A stretch of DNA of 39,546 nucleotides from Leptospirales bacterium (lineage in GTDB: Bacteria; Spirochaetota; Leptospiria; Turneriellales; JAOUFE01), in contig JBEQLE010000040.1 of the NCBI GenBank assembly GCA_040326155.1, positions 1 through 39,546 on the forward strand, read 5' to 3'. This document shows positions 17,067 through 27,653 of this stretch, piece after piece. How positions within the stretch are numbered: the first letter of the stretch is position 1; every line of letters starts with the position of its first letter. Below the pieces are notes generated by a model. It had not been told where the DNA came from. It worked only from the letters and a program-made list of their open reading frames with translations, and did not search any database. The translations under genes and the position numbers were made by a program.

Positions 17067-18323
17067 ATGATGCAAATTCAATACAATACATTAAGAAAAC
17101 ACCTTTGCGATCTGCAACAGTGGGAGCTAGAGCAAGAGTGGGATATTCTTAAAAAAATAGAGATGGCTTCAGGTCAAACGGAAATAGGTTCCAATCTTTT
17201 TTTTACTCAGGCGGGAAAACTAACCATTTTAATTTCTAAAGAGAACGCCCTGTGGACGGAACTTAACCTGCCTGTTTCGGAACAGACTTTGCATGTTTCT
17301 TCTTTTGTCAATGAGAACGAGAGTTCAAATATTCCCGAAACATTTCATGAAGTGAAAATTGTTCCGGTTAACCAAACCAGGGAATTCAATATAAAGGCAA
17401 CAGACAATTCCATTCAACTGCTGGAAAACTACGAAGCTGAAGACATATTAGAAGCAGCGCGCCTCGTTTCTCGGTATCTGTTTTTACAATATGAAACCAT
17501 AAAGCCGAAAGATATTTTGCCAGAATTTTTATCCATTGCTTATGGTCGGCGAAAATATTATTTTGAACAAATTTTGCTTGGTAGAAAGCCCTCCAGGGCA
17601 TTTCACTTTTTTGAGCATTGTGAAGTTCATAATGTCTTTTTTCCGGAAATCTTTATAGGAAAGGGTTTAAGCCAGAACCGGTTTCACATTTATGATATTT
17701 ATGACCATTTAATTAATGCCTGTGATGGAGTAGAACAGCCAGATTTTATTTTGCGCGCGGCGGCTTTGTTGCACGATATCGGAAAAGTTCCCACTCGCAA
17801 AGTAAAACCTTCCGGAGAGGCATCTTTTTATAATCATGAAATTGTATCGGCGAATATTTGCGTACCTATTCTTAAAAGATTCGGCGTACCGAAAGAAATT
17901 GGCCTGAGAATAAAATTTCTTATTCGAAATCATATGTTTCATTATACGAACGAATGGACTGACCGCGCGGTGCGTCGTTTTTTACGAAAAGTTTCGAATG
18001 AAGAGTTAATGGATTTAATTGAACTTCGAAAAGCGGACCGTATCGGTTCGGGTAAAAAGAATCCTTTTCCAAAAGGACTAGAAAAGTTAATTTCTCATAT
18101 CGAGGAAGTAATTGCTTTGGACAAAGAAATGAAGGTTACCGATTTACAGGTAGGCGGCGCCGATCTTATTGAGCTTGGTTTATCGGAAGGGCCGAAAATT
18201 GGTATTGTGTTAAAAACTATTTTGGACGAAGTAAAAGATGAATTATATGAAAATGAATATGAAACTTTGCTACAAAGAGCGAAAGAGATTTTAGAGTCAG
18301 AAAATGCAGGAAATCTAAAATAA
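17067..18323 (+). CDS. HD-domain protein resembling the C-terminal half of CCA-adding enzymes
   Basis: FHIYDIYDH, ALLHDIGK, FYNHE, NHM, ADR, LQVGGADL...GPKIG motifs. Confidence 0.75.
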   Translation: MMQIQYNTLRKHLCDLQQWELEQEWDILKKIEMASGQTEIGSNLFFTQAGKLTILISKENALWTELNLPVSEQTLHVSSFVNENESSNIPETFHEVKIVPVNQTREFNIKATDNSIQLLENYEAEDILEAARLVSRYLFLQYETIKPKDILPEFLSIAYGRRKYYFEQILLGRKPSRAFHFFEHCEVHNVFFPEIFIGKGLSQNRFHIYDIYDHLINACDGVEQPDFILRAAALLHDIGKVPTRKVKPSGEASFYNHEIVSANICVPILKRFGVPKEIGLRIKFLIRNHMFHYTNEWTDRAVRRFLRKVSNEELMDLIELRKADRIGSGKKNPFPKGLEKLISHIEEVIALDKEMKVTDLQVGGADLIELGLSEGPKIGIVLKTILDEVKDELYENEYETLLQRAKEILESENAGNLK

Positions 18324-19429
18324 TGATATATCCGAAAACACTCTGGGTAGCCGCAGGCGGAACAGGCGGCCATATCTCTCCCGCAGTTTCCGTATGTGAA
18401 GAATTTATTTCCAAAGGTTGGAACATCGTTTTTTTTACATTGCCTGGCAACCTTACTTATCCCGACCTGGAAAAAAACAGAAAAAGATATGAACTTATCG
18501 CTTATAACGCTCCAAAAATTGTAAAGAACCCGTTGGCTTTTTTCTCATTTTTTAAGAATATGCTGAGCTGTTGGATGAAACTAAAAGAAGCGTCAAAAGA
18601 GGGTAAACCTGACGCCGTAATCGGTTTTGGCGGTTACCCGTCATTTCCTGCCGTTTTATGGGCGAAGTTTAACCACATTCCCTACTTTTTACAAGAGCAA
18701 AATGCCGCCTATGGTATGGTTACCCGGTTAATGAAATCTAAAGCAAGAAAACTTTTTCTCTCTTTTCCTTCGAAGCATAAACAACCCAATGAAGTTGTGT
18801 GCGGAAACCCCATTCGGCAACAATTTCAAACGGCTTTGGATGATGCCAAAGATGCCCAACCAACCGCTAAAAAGAGTAAAAGTAAAAAGACGCAAAATGC
18901 AATAAAAATAAAAAATATACTTTTGCTGGGGGGCTCTCAGGGAGCATCCGATATAAACTCGCTATATTTGAAATTAATGCAGCAACCGACCTTTCAAAAA
19001 GTAGTTTTTACGGTTTCAAGCGGCGAACGTGAATTTGACGCTGTACTAAAAGCGGCAAGAAAAATAGACAAAATATTTCCGTTTATTGAAAACATGGCAG
19101 AAGAAATGATACAAACCGATTTTATTATAGCCAGGGCAGGGGCGGGGTTGGTTTTTGAAATTTTAGCCGTCCGCAAACCAGCTCTGTTCTTACCCTATCC
19201 CTATGCCACAGATGATCATCAGAAAATGAATGCAGCTATGCTTGCAGATAAAAACCTGTGCGCAGTTATTGACTTACGTCCATTCGACGCGAACGCCGCC
19301 GTAAAAACCATCGAACAGCTACTCACTTCCGAGAAAATAACAGAGTATCAAACCAACATGCTCCAGCATGATATCACCCTCAATGGCGCTGAAATAATTT
19401 ACGAAGAAATAAGCGGCCTGGTTTATTGA
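18323..19429 (+). CDS. murG: Lipid II GlcNAc transferase MurG
   Basis: GGTGGHISPA, GFGGY, EQNA, GNPIR, GGSQGA, DDHQKMNA motifs. Confidence 0.95.
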   Translation: MIYPKTLWVAAGGTGGHISPAVSVCEEFISKGWNIVFFTLPGNLTYPDLEKNRKRYELIAYNAPKIVKNPLAFFSFFKNMLSCWMKLKEASKEGKPDAVIGFGGYPSFPAVLWAKFNHIPYFLQEQNAAYGMVTRLMKSKARKLFLSFPSKHKQPNEVVCGNPIRQQFQTALDDAKDAQPTAKKSKSKKTQNAIKIKNILLLGGSQGASDINSLYLKLMQQPTFQKVVFTVSSGEREFDAVLKAARKIDKIFPFIENMAEEMIQTDFIIARAGAGLVFEILAVRKPALFLPYPYATDDHQKMNAAMLADKNLCAVIDLRPFDANAAVKTIEQLLTSEKITEYQTNMLQHDITLNGAEIIYEEISGLVY

Positions 19430-19448
19430 GAAAGAGAAGAGTAGATAT

Positions 19449-19612
19449 AAGGAAGGCAGGAATTACAGGAAAAGAAAAAGATTAATAGACAGGATTTACA
19501 TGATTAACATGATTTAAGAGAAATCGTTGTGTGCTAATTGAATATATCATCTTTCTTAACCTGTTAATCCTGTCAAAATTTCTTTTTTCATTCCTGTCTT
19601 CCTGCTTTCCTT
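19449..19612. repeat. Empty 164-bp inverted-repeat element (both island-flanking arms, no cargo) between convergent murG and metG
   Basis: AAGGAAGGCAGGAA...GACAGGATTTACATGATTAACATGATT, short spacer, TTAACCTGTTAATCCTGTC...TTCCTGCTTTCCTT. Confidence 0.9.
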
Positions 19613-19628
19613 ATAAAATTCTTTTTTT

Positions 19629-21185
19629 TTATTTTTCTTTTTCCACCAGGCTTAAGCGAGGAAAGTAGATCGGCCACTCTTCGAGTTTCATTGCCGTCAA
19701 TTGAATTTCTGAAATATTTTGGGGAAAACGATTTAGCTCTTTTTGTTGTAAAAGGTCGAAAATCTTTTTACTGCGTTCGGGCAAAACCGGTTGTAAATAG
19801 AATAATACTGTTAATATTCCTTTTAATAAGGTTTCGAGCAAGGGACGAAGTTCAGGTGAATTTTCTTTTGCCATTGCCCAGGGTTTATTTTCTTCTATAA
19901 TTTGATTTTGCAAACCGACCCATTCAAATACGGTTTCATAGGCCATGTGAAATTTGAAAGAGTTAAAGTTTTCATGAAACCCGTTCACTTTTGTATGAAT
20001 GAGATCGTTAATTTGTTTAGCACAGGCATGGTCTTCCAGGTTACCGACAATTTCACCGTCGAAATATTTTTTTATCATGCTTAAGGTGCGTTGCAATAAG
20101 TTACCTAAGCCATTGGCCAGGTCAATATTAACTCTGCTTTCTATGGCAGCTTCACTGAATTTTGAGTCTGAACCAAACGCCATTTCTCGAAGTAAAAAAT
20201 AACGCAATAGATCGATTCCCCCGACTTTTTCAGCTAATTCAATGGGGTCTGCGGCGTTTCCTAAAGATTTAGACATTTTTGCTTCACCAAAACCAAGCCA
20301 GTAACCATGCACCATTAATTTTTTATAATTCGGAATTTTGGCAGCCAGTAGCATCGAAGGCCAGAAAATACCATGTGGTTTTAAAATATCTTTCGCTATA
20401 ACATGGGTAGATTCGGGCCAGTAGGTTTTAAATTTTTCACTGTCCGGGCCGCCAATAGCGCTGATATAATTTAACAAAGCGTCAAACCAGACATACGTTA
20501 CAAAACGATTATCAAACGGAAGTTCAATTCCCCAGTCTAGCCGGGACTTTGGTCTTGAAATAGATAGATCTTCCTCTGTTTTTTTTAATTCCTGAATTGT
20601 TCCTAATACCTCATTGTAATATTGTTTGGGGCGAACAAATTCGGGGTTTTCTTTCAACTGTTTTTCGAGTTCTGGAAGGTATTTTTGCAGTTTAAAAAAA
20701 TAGTTTTCTTCTTTAATTATCTGCGGCTTTTGTTTATGGTCAGGACATTCCCCATTTTCGTTCAACTCTTTTTCTGTTAAATATCTTTCACAGCCAACAC
20801 AATATCGACCCTCATATTCAGAAAGATAGATATCACCCTGGTCATAAATTTTTTGCAAAATTTGACCGACAATTTTTTTGTGGTCGTCATCTGTAGTTCT
20901 TATAAATTGAGAATAGTCAATATTCAGAGAGTCCCATGTTTTTCGGAAAGTACCCGAAATTTCATCAACGTACTCACGAGCAGTTTTACCCTCTTTTTCT
21001 GCGGCCTGTACGATTTTATCGCCATGCTCATCGGTACCGGTTAAAAAATAGACATCTTTTCCCGATTGACGCTGGTATCTGGCCATAGCATCACATACAA
21101 TGGTTGTATATGTATGTCCAATATGGGGCAGACCGTTTACATAGTAGATCGGGGTTGTAATATAGTATGGTTGGTTATTGCTCAT
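19629..21185 (-). CDS. metG: Methionine--tRNA ligase (short form)
   Basis: TTPIYYVN, HIGH, TGTDEHG, YVWFDAL, KMSKS motifs. Confidence 0.97.
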   Translation of the reverse strand: MSNNQPYYITTPIYYVNGLPHIGHTYTTIVCDAMARYQRQSGKDVYFLTGTDEHGDKIVQAAEKEGKTAREYVDEISGTFRKTWDSLNIDYSQFIRTTDDDHKKIVGQILQKIYDQGDIYLSEYEGRYCVGCERYLTEKELNENGECPDHKQKPQIIKEENYFFKLQKYLPELEKQLKENPEFVRPKQYYNEVLGTIQELKKTEEDLSISRPKSRLDWGIELPFDNRFVTYVWFDALLNYISAIGGPDSEKFKTYWPESTHVIAKDILKPHGIFWPSMLLAAKIPNYKKLMVHGYWLGFGEAKMSKSLGNAADPIELAEKVGGIDLLRYFLLREMAFGSDSKFSEAAIESRVNIDLANGLGNLLQRTLSMIKKYFDGEIVGNLEDHACAKQINDLIHTKVNGFHENFNSFKFHMAYETVFEWVGLQNQIIEENKPWAMAKENSPELRPLLETLLKGILTVLFYLQPVLPERSKKIFDLLQQKELNRFPQNISEIQLTAMKLEEWPIYFPRLSLVEKEK

Positions 21186-21278
21186 TAGGCTCGTAGGATG
21201 TTGTTTTTTTGTCCGGCGTCAAGGAATTTTAATATGATTGTATTAAAATAGTCCGAAAATAGTATCAGGTAATACGTA

Positions 21279-22100
21279 ATGGAAGCTCGCAACAGATATT
21301 TTAACCAGGCCAAAGAAAATGAGCAAAAAGGGGAGCTTAAAGTCGCCCTTGCAAACTACAAGAAGTCATTGCAAAAGGATAACCGCTTTTTTGACGGGTG
21401 GCTTAATGCAGGTGTTGTATTTTCGAAGCTCGAGAAGCCAGATAAAGCTGTTCATTGCTTTAAAAAAGCAATCGATTGTAAAGAAGACGAACGGGCCTAT
21501 TACAACCTTGCCGCAGAGCTATATAAACAAGATAAATTTGATACGGCGATCTCAGCACTCGAAACATCCATACAGTTAAACCCTCGTTTTATACGCTCTT
21601 ACCTTCTGGCTGGTTACTCTTTTCTACGGTTATCGGAAGCGAAAAAAGGGTTAAAGTGTTTTAACCAGGCGTTAAAAATTGAGCCTGAAAATATCTCCAT
21701 TCATATCGCCATTGTAATGGTATTACACGATCATTTCGACCTGGCCTCTGCGACAAAATTTCTGGATAACGCAATTTCGATTGCCCCGAATCATCCCGCT
21801 TTGACTAAAATGAAAGGGATAATAAACCTGGAAGAGGGCAAAGTTGTAGAGTCAATTGAACAGTATAAAAAACTGGCCGCCTCTGACGCTGAACTGGAAA
21901 ATTTAAGCACTCTGTTTTCGACTCAATTAGATACAGATACAAAAACAAAAATTGTAAACAAGAAAACCAATCTGGAAACAAAACCTGTTAAAACCTCGAA
22001 AGACTTTTTTGATTTGTCGTTAATGTCAATATTGCAAGGCGAAGGGGAGTTGGCTATGGACTATTTGTTGCGTGTTGTCGAGAAACCCGAACTCAATTAG
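21279..22100 (+). CDS. Tetratricopeptide repeat protein
   Basis: Repeated TPR-like helices (WLNAG, YYNLA, A...P). Confidence 0.85.
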   Translation: MEARNRYFNQAKENEQKGELKVALANYKKSLQKDNRFFDGWLNAGVVFSKLEKPDKAVHCFKKAIDCKEDERAYYNLAAELYKQDKFDTAISALETSIQLNPRFIRSYLLAGYSFLRLSEAKKGLKCFNQALKIEPENISIHIAIVMVLHDHFDLASATKFLDNAISIAPNHPALTKMKGIINLEEGKVVESIEQYKKLAASDAELENLSTLFSTQLDTDTKTKIVNKKTNLETKPVKTSKDFFDLSLMSILQGEGELAMDYLLRVVEKPELN

Positions 22101-23733
22101 TTTCAAATTCTGATATTCTTTTCCCGTTTTCGTAAATGAGCGCTTTTACACCGGGATGCTTTTCTTTATGAATAATTATTTTGGGGATAAAATCGTATTG
22201 CGGCCCACGCGTATCTAGTGTTTCAATTTCTGCATCGGTCTTCTCTATCCACTTTTCCAGTTTTTGAAATTGTTCAAATAAAGTGGTAATACCGGCCCGT
22301 TTCTCTTCACATATTTTTGACAAGGCGATTTCAGGGTCACGAAAAAAACCTGGCGATACATTTTTCTTCAATTGTTCTTCAATGTAATTTTTACGATCGA
22401 TTAAAATATTTAACTCTTTTCGTTTTAGCTTTATTTTTTCATCAAGATCTTGATCTACCCCGGCGATAATTTCGGTTGCAACTCCGTTTTTATTTCCAGC
22501 CTGGTTACACTCGACCTCTTTTTTAACTATAAGTTTTCCGCCCAGAATAACGCCACTTTTTTCTATAACTTTGACTTTTCCGTTGCATACGACATTACTG
22601 TGGTATATGAAATCAATAATATTCATGTCCTTTTTTACATGGACTTGTGCGTTTTGAATATACCGGGCTGAAAAATTGCCCAGGCATTCGATTTTATAAC
22701 CTTCTTTACTGAGAACACCGCCCAGCAGATCCATGTTGTGACTGGAAAAGAGGTTCGCTCCCTCTACCACTCCATGAACGGTTAAGTTACCAAAAGTTGT
22801 TACGGAGAAGCCCGAGCTTACTTTACCTTTAATTTCAATGGAACCGGAAAACTCTATGTTTCCAATTTCATAGTCAACATCGCCTTCAATTATTAAAGTT
22901 TCAATAACATCAAGTACTTTGTTTTTAAGATTTATATATCCGTTAATTTTACTTTTAACGATTCCTGGCTCATCTTCATCCATGTAAAGGTTCTTACCCA
23001 GGGCAGGGCCTTTTTCAGTTTTGTTCACTAAAAGTTTTTCACCAAAAACGCTAAAGCCTTCTTTTCCGGGATTACCGGGAAAAAATTTACCTATTACATC
23101 ACCTTCAAACACTTCTTTAATAGCATCTCTGTCTTTGTAATCGATTTTTCCCGCATTATTGATTTTACCTACACTTTTTTCCAAATCAATGATCGAAATA
23201 ACATAATCTTCGAACGCCTCTTCCATAGCGCGTCCTCTGGCAATAACTACATATTTTTGTTTCGTATTAATGGCATTGGCTAAGTTCTTCTCTAGTTGCA
23301 CTTTATCAATAGAAGGAAATATCTTTTTACTCTCGATTACAGAATAAATATCATCAATATTCGGGCAACTTTTCACATCATCCGGGTTTATATATAATCG
23401 AGCGATGGAATTTCCAGAGTCCAAAAGTAGGGGTGCAACCACTGTAAGTCGATTATTTACAAAACCACAAAAACCAAATATTTTAGCCATAAAAACATTT
23501 CGGGCAGTTTCATGAAATACCGTGTAGGAATCGTATTCAATTTTTTTAGTAGGCCCTTTTACTACAGGAGTCTTTAGAGCGCTATTTGTCTCTATGACCA
23601 TCTGGGCAATAAGCAGGTCACCTTTTTTTTTCAGGTTTTGCTGGTAAGGTATGGCGAGCGATACCTTATTATTTTTTGTAGTGTAGTCAAAAGGCTTTTT
23701 TTCGCCAAATTGAAAGTAAAACCAGTCTTGCAA
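22093..23733 (-). CDS. FapA/DUF342 family protein
   Basis: GKIDYKD, GFSVFGE, GDVDYEIGNIEFSGSIEIKG motifs, beta-helix then coiled coil. TTG start with GGGGGA RBS. Confidence 0.85.
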   Translation of the reverse strand: MQDWFYFQFGEKKPFDYTTKNNKVSLAIPYQQNLKKKGDLLIAQMVIETNSALKTPVVKGPTKKIEYDSYTVFHETARNVFMAKIFGFCGFVNNRLTVVAPLLLDSGNSIARLYINPDDVKSCPNIDDIYSVIESKKIFPSIDKVQLEKNLANAINTKQKYVVIARGRAMEEAFEDYVISIIDLEKSVGKINNAGKIDYKDRDAIKEVFEGDVIGKFFPGNPGKEGFSVFGEKLLVNKTEKGPALGKNLYMDEDEPGIVKSKINGYINLKNKVLDVIETLIIEGDVDYEIGNIEFSGSIEIKGKVSSGFSVTTFGNLTVHGVVEGANLFSSHNMDLLGGVLSKEGYKIECLGNFSARYIQNAQVHVKKDMNIIDFIYHSNVVCNGKVKVIEKSGVILGGKLIVKKEVECNQAGNKNGVATEIIAGVDQDLDEKIKLKRKELNILIDRKNYIEEQLKKNVSPGFFRDPEIALSKICEEKRAGITTLFEQFQKLEKWIEKTDAEIETLDTRGPQYDFIPKIIIHKEKHPGVKALIYENGKRISEFETN

Positions 23734-23902
23734 TCAGATCCCCCAAAATATAATTTGAAAATAAATTTAAGAAAGCCAAATTTACAAATTTTAACCATTG
23801 TACAACTGTTTTTATGAAAATTCTCGAAAACGAACGATAAATTTTTTTGAAATTCAATACACAGGTTTGTGCATGCCGATAGAGAAAACAGGACGTTTTT
23901 AT

Positions 23903-24931
23903 ATGAGTACACTTCCCGTTTTAGTGGCAGATATCGGTGGAACAAAATCTTTGTTTGCGCTGGCTAAAAAATCTGGTGCTCCTTATCCTCATTATCAGTT
24001 ATACGAAAAACGGCTTTACAACAACGAGCAATTCAGTTCCGGGTATGCTGTTCTATCTGAGTACCTAAAATCAATCGGTAATATTGCAATTCATAACGGT
24101 GTGTTGGGTATTGCAGGCCATGTACAAGCAAATTCCGTCTATATGACTACTTTGAAATGGCAATTCGACGAAGCCCAGCTAAAAAATGATTTTGGCTTTC
24201 GTAAAATAAATTTACTAAATGACCTCGAAGCAATGACCATGGGAGTCCCCTTTTTAAACAATACCGATTATATTGAAATTCAGAAGGGGGTACGACAACA
24301 AAAGGGAAATATTTGCCTGGTTGCCGCGGGTACAGGGTTAGGCGAGGCTTCTTCCGTTTATTGTGAACAAATACAAGATTACCACGTAATTCCAGGGGAG
24401 GGCGGCCAGGCCGGTTTTTCGCCGGTTACAATAGAGCAGTCTGAACTATGGAATTATATACTCAAAACAGAGCCTTATGCCAGTCTTGAAAGTTTGCTTT
24501 CGGGCCCGGGGCTGGTCAATATTTATAAATACCTTGTTGAAAATTCTCGGGTAGCTGAGAATCCATCGGTTTCTATAGTAGAAAAAAACCTGACAGCGAA
24601 AGAAATTACAACTCGAAGTAATTCAGGAGAAGATGAATATTGTATAAAAGCGGTCGATCTGTTTGTTTCCATTTATGCCAACGAAGCTAGAAATTTAGCG
24701 TTTCGAACATTACCATATGGCGGTTTATATCTTGGCGGTGGCATCGCTCCAAAAATATTCGATACGCGAAATTCTACAAGGTATTTAGAGTACGTTACTA
24801 ATTTTTTACAAATGTTTTTAAAAAAGAGTAAAATGAGTAATTTTCTTGAAAACATTCCTGTATATATAATTACAAATGAGAACAGTGCTTTGTATGGCGC
24901 AGCAGCTTTCAATGAAACGGATATAAAATAA
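23903..24931 (+). CDS. glk: Glucokinase
   Basis: ADIGGTK, LLNDLEA, AGTGLGEA, GEGG, GGGIAPK motifs. Start placed at MSTLP. Confidence 0.9.
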   Translation: MSTLPVLVADIGGTKSLFALAKKSGAPYPHYQLYEKRLYNNEQFSSGYAVLSEYLKSIGNIAIHNGVLGIAGHVQANSVYMTTLKWQFDEAQLKNDFGFRKINLLNDLEAMTMGVPFLNNTDYIEIQKGVRQQKGNICLVAAGTGLGEASSVYCEQIQDYHVIPGEGGQAGFSPVTIEQSELWNYILKTEPYASLESLLSGPGLVNIYKYLVENSRVAENPSVSIVEKNLTAKEITTRSNSGEDEYCIKAVDLFVSIYANEARNLAFRTLPYGGLYLGGGIAPKIFDTRNSTRYLEYVTNFLQMFLKKSKMSNFLENIPVYIITNENSALYGAAAFNETDIK

Positions 24932-24968
24932 GATGTAAGCCTGAAACTTCTTACGGAAAAAACAGATT

Positions 24969-26678
24969 TTAGAGAACATCTGGAAGCGGCTTGCCAAAAT
25001 AATAACCCTGAGAGTAATCTATACCCAGTTCTTGAACGGCTTTGTAAACTTCTTCCGTATGTATATATTCAGCGACAGTCTTATAATTCATCTGTTTAGC
25101 AAAATTTACAATCGCTTGGACAATGATTTTTAATGTTGGATCTTTATGTATATTTTTTATAAGCGAACCGTCAATTTTCAGATAATCAACTGTTAGCTGG
25201 GTCAGGTATTCAAAATTGGAATAACCGCTGCCAAAATCATCCACTGCTATTTTACACCCAAATTGTTTAACCTTGTCTATAAAATCTTTTACCTCTGCAA
25301 AATTGTCAATATTTTCAGATTCCGTAATTTCAAAAATAATATTCGATTGCGACTCGGGGTAAGCCTGTAAAGCTTCATAAATAACTGATTTGATCTTTTC
25401 ATTGGCAATATCTTCTACGGATAAATTAATTGAAAATTCCATATCTTTATTTTTAGCCATCGTCAGAACATTATCGAGCATTGCCATCGTGATGAAAGGG
25501 TAAAGTTTGGATCGTTTTGCAGCCTTCAAAAAAGATTCCGGTAAAAGAATATTATTATCAGAGTCAATTAACCTTGCCAGACTTTCATACTTCTCAATTT
25601 TTCCAGTCTTGTTATTGACAATGGGCTGATAGTAGGGAATTATTTTATTTTGGGCTATCGCATGCTTCAGCATTCTTACCGAATTTAGATTTTCCCGATG
25701 TTGTACTTTTATTATATCGTCATAAAGATAATACACTTTTTTGGTTTCTCTTGCATACTTCATTGCTATTTTAGCTTTGTTTACACTGTATTTTTCAACG
25801 CCGGTATAGGAACCAATGGATAGGGAATAATGGATGTCCACAGTGCTTGTTCGCAGTACACCATCCCGGTTCACATAGGTATGAATAAATTTAGTCAGTT
25901 CTTCTAACTTTTCATTCGTAGTTGTACGACCCATAAAAAAAGCATATTCATCGCCATATAATTTATACAAATTAAACTTCTTATTAATTTTCTTTAAAAG
26001 CCTTCGTAATTTTTTTTGCACATCATGCAGAACCTGGTTGCCGATTTCTTCGCCATAAAAATCTATAATCTCTCTAAACAGGTCTATATTCAGTAAAATG
26101 AGGGTTTTGCCTTTCGCAATTTCCGCGTCTTCAGCAAGTTTATTATAATTGGGTAAACCTGTTAAAGCGTCTGTAGTCTGTTTTTTAATTTGTTGCGTTT
26201 GCTCCATTAAACGAGTTATATCTTTTCTAATTGCAATATATTCATTAATCTTGTTATTCGAATCGAGTATGGGGATTATGGTTGCTTCTACATAGTAAAA
26301 ACCACCGTCTTTCTTTTTGTTTTTTACAATTCCATGCCACGTTTGTTTTTGCAGAATTGTTTTCCACATTCCTTGAAAAGCACTCGCAGGCATATCCGGG
26401 TGTCGTATAATATTATGGGGTTTCCCCAGGAGTTCTTTGGCAGTATATCCTGAAATCTCTTCGAATTTTGAATTTATATATGTTATAATTCCTTTTGGGT
26501 TTGTTTTAGATACAATATTGCTTTCGTCTACGACTTCTTTATACTGTTCGAGTAATATGATATGCTCTTTAAGCTGTGTATCTATGTCGGGAAATTGTCC
26601 CAATATTGGTATTTTGTTTTCGGTATCCATGGTTGGGTTTTTTAACAACATGTTTTTAGTTTGAACAAGGTCAAACAT
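24969..26678 (-). CDS. PAS - degenerate GGDEF - EAL c-di-GMP phosphodiesterase
   Basis: PAS (GKPHNIIRHPD), YGDEY, YESLARL, EITESE, DDFGSGYS, QGY motifs. Confidence 0.9.
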   Translation of the reverse strand: MFDLVQTKNMLLKNPTMDTENKIPILGQFPDIDTQLKEHIILLEQYKEVVDESNIVSKTNPKGIITYINSKFEEISGYTAKELLGKPHNIIRHPDMPASAFQGMWKTILQKQTWHGIVKNKKKDGGFYYVEATIIPILDSNNKINEYIAIRKDITRLMEQTQQIKKQTTDALTGLPNYNKLAEDAEIAKGKTLILLNIDLFREIIDFYGEEIGNQVLHDVQKKLRRLLKKINKKFNLYKLYGDEYAFFMGRTTTNEKLEELTKFIHTYVNRDGVLRTSTVDIHYSLSIGSYTGVEKYSVNKAKIAMKYARETKKVYYLYDDIIKVQHRENLNSVRMLKHAIAQNKIIPYYQPIVNNKTGKIEKYESLARLIDSDNNILLPESFLKAAKRSKLYPFITMAMLDNVLTMAKNKDMEFSINLSVEDIANEKIKSVIYEALQAYPESQSNIIFEITESENIDNFAEVKDFIDKVKQFGCKIAVDDFGSGYSNFEYLTQLTVDYLKIDGSLIKNIHKDPTLKIIVQAIVNFAKQMNYKTVAEYIHTEEVYKAVQELGIDYSQGYYFGKPLPDVL

Positions 26679-26772
26679 TTTTTATGAAAAAAATGCCAAA
26701 AAAACAGGGATATTACTTTTTAATATATTGTAAAACTGTTTACGGCTTGAATGCGAATGTATTTCCTTCTAT

Positions 26773-27642
26773 ATGAAAATTTCGGGCTTTACTTTTATTC
26801 GTAATGCAGTAAAATATGATTATCCGGTTGTGGAGTCCATCTGTTCCATTTTGCCTCTTGTTGATGAATTGATTATTGCAGTTGGGCAATCGGAAGACGG
26901 TACCAGAAAGTTAATAGAAAATATAGGTTCTAAAAAAATTCGTATTATCGATACAGTATGGGACGACTCATTGCGTGAGGGCGGAGCCGTTCTTGCCATT
27001 GAAACCAACAAAGCCTTTGATGAAATATCTCGAGATTCAGACTGGGCTTTTTATATTCAAGGTGATGAAATAATACATGAAAAATATTTACCTGCCATAC
27101 GCCAGGCAATGGAACAATATAAAGATGATCAAAGGGTTGAGGGTCTTCTGTTTAAGTACCTTCACTTTTATGGCTCGTATGATTACGTAGGCGATTCAAG
27201 AAGGTGGTATCGAAATGAGATACGAATTGTCCGCCCGGACCCTTCCATTCGGTCGTATAAAGACGCCATGGGTTTTCGAAAAGACGATCGCAAATTAAAT
27301 GTGAAACCGATTGATGCTTTTGTGTATCATTATGGATGGGTAAAACACCCTCGGGAACAACAAGAAAAACGTAAGACGTTTAATAAATACTGGCATAATG
27401 ATGAATGGATGAAGAAAAATATTGAAGATGTTGATAACTTTGATTATTCCAAAATTGACTCTTTGCAGAAATTTGAAAGTGACCACCCTGCCATAATGAA
27501 AGAAAGAATAGAAAAAGTTAATTGGACATTTAGTTTTGACCCTACGCAAAAAAAACTTACTTTAAAAGAAAAGATATCGTTCTGGATTGAAAAAGTTACA
27601 GGCATTCGACCTGGAGAATATAAAAACTACAAAATTCTATAA
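26773..27642 (+). CDS. Glycosyltransferase family 2
   Basis: KISGFTFIRNA, SEDGT, IQGDE, YHYGWV motifs. Confidence 0.8.
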   Translation: MKISGFTFIRNAVKYDYPVVESICSILPLVDELIIAVGQSEDGTRKLIENIGSKKIRIIDTVWDDSLREGGAVLAIETNKAFDEISRDSDWAFYIQGDEIIHEKYLPAIRQAMEQYKDDQRVEGLLFKYLHFYGSYDYVGDSRRWYRNEIRIVRPDPSIRSYKDAMGFRKDDRKLNVKPIDAFVYHYGWVKHPREQQEKRKTFNKYWHNDEWMKKNIEDVDNFDYSKIDSLQKFESDHPAIMKERIEKVNWTFSFDPTQKKLTLKEKISFWIEKVTGIRPGEYKNYKIL

Positions 27643-27653
27643 ACGGTACATTT

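Noticed and set aside
24969..26678. Active diguanylate cyclase
   Set aside because: The GGDEF motif is degenerate (YGDEY); an ordinary phosphodiesterase-type hybrid, not novel.
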